This document shows, piece by piece, positions 54,788 to 64,000 of a DNA stretch of 64,000 nt. Below the pieces are notes generated by a model. That model worked only from the letters and a program-made list of their open reading frames with translations. It had not been told where the DNA came from and ran no database searches. The DNA is from Paramecium tetraurelia (lineage: Eukaryota), in contig CT868032.1 of NCBI GenBank assembly GCA_000165425.1, positions 124,001 to 188,000 on the forward strand, written 5' to 3'. The position numbers and the translations under genes were made by a program. How positions within the stretch are numbered: position 1 is the stretch's first letter; the number at the start of each line of letters is the position of its first letter.

Positions 54788-55149
54788 TCATTTATAAGCG
54801 TCTGCATCTGGCTGAATTTGCTTTAGTTAGACACCTGACTGTTGGAGTTTGAGGAGGTGGTTCCCTCTTTGGGATGTAAATCTTTAAGAGAGTTCATATA
54901 ATTCAATTTTCTTTTGTTCCAGTTGATATTTCAATTATCTTTGGTCGTATTCCAACCTTTCTATCAAGGCATCTCTCTCTCTTATGATTAATTCGAAAGT
55001 GGCATCTGTTATGATGTATTATTGACTGCTCTGTTGAGTATCCTGCATTATTTTGGACTATATTAGAATGGTTGTCTTACTTGAGGTTTCTCTTGGTAGT
55101 CAGTGTCTCTTTGTTTCGAAGATCTCTTGATAGGTTATGACTTATCCAT
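54788..55149 (-). CDS. Small hypothetical coiled-coil protein (about 112 aa)
   Basis: ATG55149, 23-nt intron GTAAGACAACCATTCTAATATAG, TGA at 54788-54790. Confidence 0.72.
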
Positions 55150-55178
55150 TTAATATATTAATAATTTTTATATATTTA

Positions 55179-55635
55179 ATGTTCAATAACCCATACCCAA
55201 ACCCCATGTTCAATAATCAGTATTTCGAATTGATCAGAGACAACCAGCAATTCCAGCCCCAAAAGGAGTCTACGCACTCTCTCTACGTCGACGGTAAGAT
55301 CTTCGATAATAAATGCAATAGGAATTCCAAACGATGCACAAGAACGAGAAGTGGCACGTATTAAAGACTTCATATACTGTAGATATATTTCGTCCTTATC
55401 CCGGGTTTCAAAGAGTCCGTCTGATTAAAAAGCAAACTCAAAAGGGAAGAGAATATTTGCTCTGTTTCGTGGATTTCGATGATGCCTTGCAAGCTACTAT
55501 TGTGATGCAAACTCTTCAAGTGAACTTAAACCTTCTTACATTTCTTAGGGATATCGTTTCGATAAAAATGACAAGACAGGCCTCAAGATTTATTTTGCGA
55601 ATAACCCGAAACAGGAGAAGCAAAACAAAAAATGA
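55179..55635 (+). CDS. Single-RRM RNA-binding protein of the RBPMS/MEC-8/plant NSR type
   Basis: SLYVDGIPNDAQEREVAHIFRPYPGF...LCFVDF...TLQGYRFD...LKIYFA after removing three 25-29-nt introns; TGA at 55633-55635. Confidence 0.9.
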
Positions 55636-55660
55636 CATACTAAAGTATATAAAGAGTAAT

Positions 55661-57360
<1,700 letters not shown>

Positions 57361-57858
57361 TTATTATATTATTATAAATCACAAATGTATCGATTTATTA
57401 TATACTTAGTCTGAATTTAGAAATTAGGTTCTTTTTTTAATCAAATTTCACATTACTTAATGATTTCACCGAAATTCCCATCCAAGTTCATCATACATTG
57501 TTCAAATATAAACATGTGTGAAAGTAGAACAAACAGACATTATCCCAATAGTTCTCTTTATCATCTATCAATGCATAAACTAACTGGATTTCAAAAAAAT
57601 TAATTAATTGATCACTTTTTCATTTATTTTCTAAATATTTGATACTGATATTAAATTTGTTATAGAAATTACAAGGAGAAAAATACTGTTAAAAGATAAT
57701 TATTTTCCATCAAATTAACCACATTAAAAGTGTGGACTTCTAAAGTTGTAACATTCAGTTGAACTAACCAGTGTTTTGGAATGAAAGTGCTAAGTAGAAT
57801 TTATTTCTAAATTGAGACTCATAAAATGGAAAAAAGAAAATAAATTTAATTTACATAA

Positions 57859-59331
57859 ATGGGAATAATCATAGTATTAATCTAATTCATCGTAACTGCC
57901 TTAAGCTAAACTAATAATTCAATCGATTGCAATAAATATTTCTATAAATTTGGAACTACTGAGTCACCTCTTGTTTTTAGTGGAGATGTAGTTTATATTT
58001 AGGAATCTCAGCAGGTCTAAATTAATGCGAAATATACTGATGTTCTATTTGAAGATCCAATTTATTTTGGTTTTATTGAAGAAGATGGAAAGCCTCCAGA
58101 AACAACATGTCTAAAACTCGCAGTTCATCGCTTAGATAATACTCCTTAAATAATATAAAGTTTATCTATTATAACTTCAAATAATATCATTAATTAATGG
58201 AGACATTATTCGTTTAAATTACCATTACCAAAATTAAATAATCAAGATGTTTCCACCAAAAATTAAAAAATTCGTGCATATAATGGATCCTATTCAATTA
58301 ATTTTGAATCAACTCAGCAAAGAGATTTTAAATATGTATTTATCTTTAATTTCATTATCACTGTCGATAGTCAAACTGAGCTCCTTATCGATACCAAGTT
58401 TTAAACTTAAATTGAAATTAATTAATCACTTATCATACTTCCTGTATCTAAACTATTATGGTGTGCTGACCTTGCTTGTGAAACTCATTTGAATGAATCT
58501 CCATTTCTCAAATTGAATGATTTATTTGCTATAAAATAAGTAATCGTAGATAGTCAAATTAGTAATTAAATAATAGAAAATATTAAAGTTGAAATTATAG
58601 GTAAATCACTTTATCGGAAAGAAAAACCAATGAATTTGAATAATAAAACTCCAGGATAAGTTATAATTTAATTGAAAGTACCAATATATTGGAAAAATGT
58701 AAGTATCAAGGTTACTTCAGCAATATCAGGAAAACCTTTTATTTATGGTTTTGAAAATACTATTGATACTAGCTTTAATTCTCTTGATTAGTCCTGTGTT
58801 GATGGAACTCAAATTAAATCAGTTGACTCTGAATTAAGATGGTGCTCTGATATTACATGTTAAAAAATTTTGGAATAAACTCCGAGTTTGCACATTAATG
58901 ATTTTGTTTATATTTAATAATTAGTTAATTGCTCAGCCTGTCAAAACTACTTTTTGACTCATACTGAAGTATGGTTTGCCAATGGTGGATTAAATAAAAA
59001 AACAAATTTAGTTGAAATTATTAATAATACCAAAGGATAAGTTAATATGAAATTAAAAATTGATGTAGTTTGGAATAAAGTTTCAATTAAAGTTACTTCA
59101 TTTTTAAGTGAAACCTCAGATCAAGATGAAGACGAAGGGTCAAACTTACTTGACTCTTTATAAGCCACCCTTGAAATCGAATGTACAAAACCTGAAGGAA
59201 AGGAGGTTTGTGCAACTTGCGAAGAATAATGCAACATAAATGGGTATTCCGATGATACTTGCGGATTTTGCAATAGTTATGGATTCTTAACATTTTTAAA
59301 CATGATATTATTGTTTGCCTTAACTATTTGA
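57859..59331 (+). CDS. Secreted/GPI-type surface family member 1 (490 aa; domains A-B-B' + Cys cluster + hydrophobic tail)
   Basis: Intronless open frame; signal peptide; family motifs CNKYFYKFG, FSGDV, YFGFIEEDGK...CLKL, QWRHY, two WCxDxxC modules, C..C...C...G...D.C..C and a hydrophobic C-terminus. Confidence 0.85.
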
Positions 59332-60084
59332 TCTATCTATATATCACTATATTATTCATCTTCAAAAGTAAAGCCTAATGAATCAATTATATCATTTAAC
59401 TTTTAAGAAATTTTTAAATTATATTTTCTATTCACAGAATTATTATTTTAATTGATTAACAATCATTTTTATATTAATAATTTTACAGATGTCTATGATG
59501 TCTATTTAGAATTGCGACTTAGCTTTTCTTTTTGATAAAAGGGTGTATGAACCTAAATTAAGAATCAAATTCATAAAAACACTTTGATAAAATAATGTGA
59601 TGATCTTTAATTAATCATTCTGTAAAATAAAAAGAAAACAAACTTCAAATTGTTTTAAATCTGAAAATTATATTCACTCTATCACTTGGAATGTTGGATA
59701 AATTTAATTATTGAACAATAGCAAATCAAATTATTTGTTTAAGTAAAATAAATAAAAAAAGTTTAATTGAGCTTGAAAATAAAGAAATTAATAAATGGCA
59801 AACATTATAAGCATAATTAATGCTGGAATACCTATAAAAGTTACAAAGAATACCAACTAGTAAATCACGAATATATATATTTAAGTATATAAAAATAAAT
59901 TCTTTCATGCAAGTATTATAATCAATTTTTATTTGAATCTTCTATTTTTCGTTTGTTTTTTGTTTCATTAAGTTTACCTTTCAACGTATTGAAATAATTG
60001 TTATAGTAAACTAAATAGAATAATTACTAGAAATTTAGTATTTCTAAAGAGTGATAGTAATAAAGTTAAGATTAATTAATCTCA

Positions 60085-61233
60085 ATGAAAATGCTAGTAT
60101 TTCTATTTATCTTTTTTGTTATTGGATTAACAAGACTCCCTATAGAAGGTGCAGAATGTAACATATATTTGGAAAAATTTGGAACTGCTAATAATGAAGA
60201 TGGATCTGGTGCTACAAAGCTTGCTTTCTCAGGAGATGTTTCCTACGTCCCAGGTACTTCTAATTTGAGGGTAAACTTAAGATATTCTGATGTTGATCGC
60301 TTTAATGATCTATAATACTACGGTCTTGTTTAAGAAGATGGGAAGAAAGCGAATGAAACATGCCTTGACCTTAAACTATATAAATTCACATCAAACTAAT
60401 ATGCTGATGGCATAGAAGTTACTGATTTAACAATAACACCATCAAACAATTTCTAAAAATAATGGAGATATTATACATTCATAATTCCAGGTGAACAATT
60501 CGAGACAAGATTAGTGAAGACGTCTAATTCTAACTAATATATTTACAAAGGATATTACGCAATTGCTTATTATGCTGCTGGTACCGACGAACTCTAATAC
60601 ACATTCTATTTTGATTTCGCAGTCGTTGTTGATAGAACGACCAATTAAGCAGAAACAGCTTTTACTCCTCTGAGTCGAAAAGCAACTGCATCATGTAAGC
60701 CTAATGAACCTTGTGAGAATTAGGGAGATAGCATTTTAAAATGGTGCACAGATTTAACTTGTACTGCATTCGGATAACAAGACCTCCATCAAAATGATCT
60801 TTTTGTAATATTATAGATAATGAACACAGCTGATAAGAATGACTATTATTTAATTGATACTGAAGTTTGGTTCACTGGTGATGGAATCCTTTAAAAAGCT
60901 ACACCAATTGTTGTGAATAACTCAATTAAAGGATAGGCCATCATTTAATTATAAGCTGATATAGCTTGGAATAATCTTTCTATTTAAGTTTCTTCTATCT
61001 TATCGACTAGTTAAACTGGAGGAAGAAGATTGTTAGCCTAAGTGACCTATGACACATATACAGGACTTCTACAAGATATAAATTGTATCAAAGCTGAAGG
61101 AGCATAAACATGCCCCAATTGTGAATAAGAGTGCATGGTTAATGGATTTGCTCATGATGGATGTGAACCTTGCAACCAATCAAATTTAACTGTATTGCTA
61201 TTATTGGTTACATTTTTATTCATAATGATTTGA
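60085..61233 (+). CDS. Secreted/GPI-type surface family member 2 (382 aa)
   Basis: Intronless; MKMLVFLFIFFVIG signal; KLAFSGDVSYV, YYGLVQEDGK...CLDLKL, QWRYY, WCTDLTC, TEVWFTG, GGRRLL, Cys cluster, hydrophobic tail; TGA at 61231-61233. Confidence 0.88.
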
Positions 61234-61905
61234 TTGGTTTTATCTAAATTTTATATATTAAAAACAAATATTTGCAAATAATCATTTATCAGTTTATTGT
61301 TGAATAAATTATAAAAATAAAATTCTACTTTGAAAGGTACTATTGAAGTTTTTAAAATGCTTGCCAAAATGTGTTAAAAGATGCTTTTGAGATCATAAAA
61401 TGGACTAAGTACTTAAAAACGAGGATATAAAGATTAAATCTTTAGTAATTTTTAATTCATTTAAATAATAGAGAAATTTCATTGAAATATATAGATTTAT
61501 AACATAATATACATTCATTTATACATATGGTTGTAAATGCAATAAGAATTATGAATAATAAAAAATAATTATGTTTAAGATACAATACATTATAAGGTAG
61601 ATAAAATTATAACAATTCTTGCTTTCTTGAAATGGCTACTATCCTGTAACAATGTCATCTATATTTTGCAAATTTATAAAATTAACTCAATAGATTTTAC
61701 TATAGAGAATGACTTATTCAGCTTTATTTTGAATATTAAAACCAGAATATATTTACTAAATAGTTCACCCTTATTTTGATTTGAAATTGAATCTTCAGCT
61801 ACTTTAATTTAATGATATTGAATTTTTTGAAGTAAGAAAGGCTTCTATAAGTTAGGAAGAATAATGAAGATAATAGTATGATTTGATATGATATACATAA
61901 TTGAA

Positions 61906-63069
61906 TCAAATTGTGAAAATTAATAATAATATTGCAAAGAAAACAAATGCAATCTTATGGGAAAAACAACAGCTTGGACAACCATCATGAGCAAATCCAT
62001 TAGCTTCCCATTCTTATATGCATGTTGGACATGAATCTGATCCTTCTGCTTTAATACACTAAATTTATTAAGTTTCTCCAAAGACTGGATCAAACTAAGT
62101 TTAAAACAATATTCTTCTTCTTCCTGTTTAGAAGGCTGATAAAGTGGAAGTAACTTTAATTGTGACTTCAGTCCATGCAATTTCAGCTTTCAATTAAATA
62201 ATTACTTATCCTAGTATTGTATTATTTATAGAAATTGGTGATGCTTTCTTTAATAATCCATTTCCTGTGTACCAAACTTCAGTTTCTGTCAAATAAAAGC
62301 CCTCCATTCCAGCTGTTGTAACAAATTATTAAAGAACAAATTCATCATTTAAATGAAGATCTGGAATGGCAAATGTAGAGCATTTCAAATCAGTGCACCA
62401 GTTTACTTTTGTATCATAGATTGCATTGCAAGCGCTAGTAATTGTACAATTGAATGTTGATCTCTAACTCAAAGGTTTGAAAAAAGGGTCATATAAAGGA
62501 TCTGTTGCCTTATTAATAATAATTGAAAATTCAAAAAAGAATGTATATTGGAGTGAATCTGTACCAGTTGCATAATAAGCAAGTGCAAAATATCCTGTGT
62601 AAATGAATTATTCAGTATTAGATGTTTCAACCAATCTAGTTTTCAATTCAGTTCTTGGAATTGTGAATACATAATATCTCCAAAATTTTGAGAAGTTGGT
62701 TGATGATGTTATTGTTAAATCAGTGACTTAAACTGGATCAGAGTATTTATTGGATGTATATTACCATAATTTAAGATCGAGACAAACCTCGTCAGCTGAT
62801 TTACCATCCTCCTTAACAAGACCAAAATATGTTACATCAGTAAAGAGATCATCATCATTATATCTCAAATTAACCTATGCAATAGTATTTCCTTAGACAA
62901 AGGAAACATATCCTGTGAAAGCTAATTTTGAAGTAGCTGTTCTTTCAGCATTAGAAACAGTTCCAAATTTGTTCAAATATTTCATACAGTTTGGATCATC
63001 GAAAGACAGACCTGATACTTGCCCTAAATAGATTACAACCAGGATTGTATTTACGAATATTGTTTTCAT
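61906..63069 (-). CDS. Secreted/GPI-type surface family member 3 (387 aa), inverted orientation
   Basis: Intronless; signal peptide; KLAFTGYVSFV, YFGLVKEDGK...CLDLKL, FWRYY, WCTDLKC, TEVWYTG, GRRRIL, Cys cluster, hydrophobic tail; TGA at 61906-61908. Confidence 0.88.
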
Positions 63070-63518
63070 ATATTAAATTAATGCTTTCGCTGCTGAATTT
63101 TTCTTTTTTCAACCAAAAATTACAATAAATTCTATATGAAACAATATTGAACAAAATTCATATTTTTTTGATTGAAAATTTGTAGCATTCAAAAATATGA
63201 TGATACCATTATCCTCATACTAACAATCAAATAAATTTCTTCTTTAGCAAGGCATACTTCTTTTTACCTCATTAGAATTCATTCTATTACTTTTTTTTAA
63301 TAATGTCCAATTGGTTAATATTAAATATTTAATAATTTTATCCATCATTAACTACTCAATGCTCTTAGAATTTTTTATGAATTAAATATATTTGTCTTAG
63401 ATTTACATTTGAAAATGAGTTTATACCAAATCATTATCTTTTAATATTTTTCTGGTAGAATTTGTTCTAATTTTGGGTTGAAAAATGAAAAATTAGGCAG
63501 AATAGACATCCATTTAAA

Positions 63519-64000
63519 ATGAAAAATTCTCTATCTTCGCAATCCTGGTTTTACTTTAATTATAGTATTTATCAAGTCTGAATTTCGATGATCCAAACTG
63601 TATGAAATATTTGAACAAATTTAACAAATTAAATCCTAATGACGGATTAGGTACTTCAAAAATTAGCTTTCACAGGAGATATATACCTTGTCACCAACTC
63701 TAATAATGCAAAAATTAGCTTGAGATTTATTGATGCTGATCTTTTTAATGATCCAATCTATTTTGGTTTTATTAAGGAGGATGGTAAAACAGATGATTAG
63801 GTTTGTCTAAAACTTAAATTATGGTAATATACATCTAATAAATACTCTGATCCATTGAAAATCACTGATTTAACAATAATACCATCAAACAATTCGGAAA
63901 AATAATGGAGATATTATTCATTCATATAAGTTCAAAACTAGATTAGTTGAAACATCTAATTCTAATTAATTCATTTACACAGGATATTATTCAATCGCTT
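63519..64000 (+). pseudogene. Surface family member 4, frameshifted, truncated by the window end
   Basis: Clear homology (FDDPNCMKYLNKF, LAFTGD, YFGFIKEDGK...CLKLKL, QWRYY), but a -1 nt indel in the A-run after the ATG, a +1 nt indel in the A-run at about 63658-63662, and an out-of-frame deletion at about 63930. Confidence 0.75.

Overview
AT-rich, very gene-dense eukaryotic DNA that reads as a ciliate somatic (macronuclear-type) chromosome, almost certainly Paramecium; the species cannot be called. Long reading frames are interrupted only by TAA/TAG, which encode Gln (translation table 6). Genes end in TGA, and introns are tiny (about 20-30 nt, mostly GTA...TAG). The supplied standard-code ORF track therefore shows only fragments, and I rebuilt the gene models by hand. 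About 30 genes or gene relics are present: a WGR-fused minimal ATP-dependent DNA ligase, VPS13 (about 3,050 aa), a frameshifted giant coiled-coil gene, an OTU deubiquitinase, two RING E3s, a secreted M1/LTA4H-like aminopeptidase, a dual-specificity phosphatase, a SEL1-repeat protein, a TM-PX-PX protein, UPF1, three kinases including a CDPK, a 1,650-aa Cys-rich surface protein, a degenerate RpiB, INTS9, an A/B-type cyclin and an NSR/RBPMS-type RRM protein. The window ends in a four-member cluster of an uncharacterised secreted, probably GPI-anchored family. Best leads: (1) a 240-aa gene at 30771-31515, absent from the ORF track, whose N-terminus matches the TPP1/Est3/p50 telomerase-recruitment OB-fold pattern; (2) the surface-protein cluster, which shows domain duplication, inversion and pseudogenisation; (3) the WGR-ligase; (4) the RpiB that has lost its catalytic loop. 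All assignments come from visual motif recognition; no database search was run.
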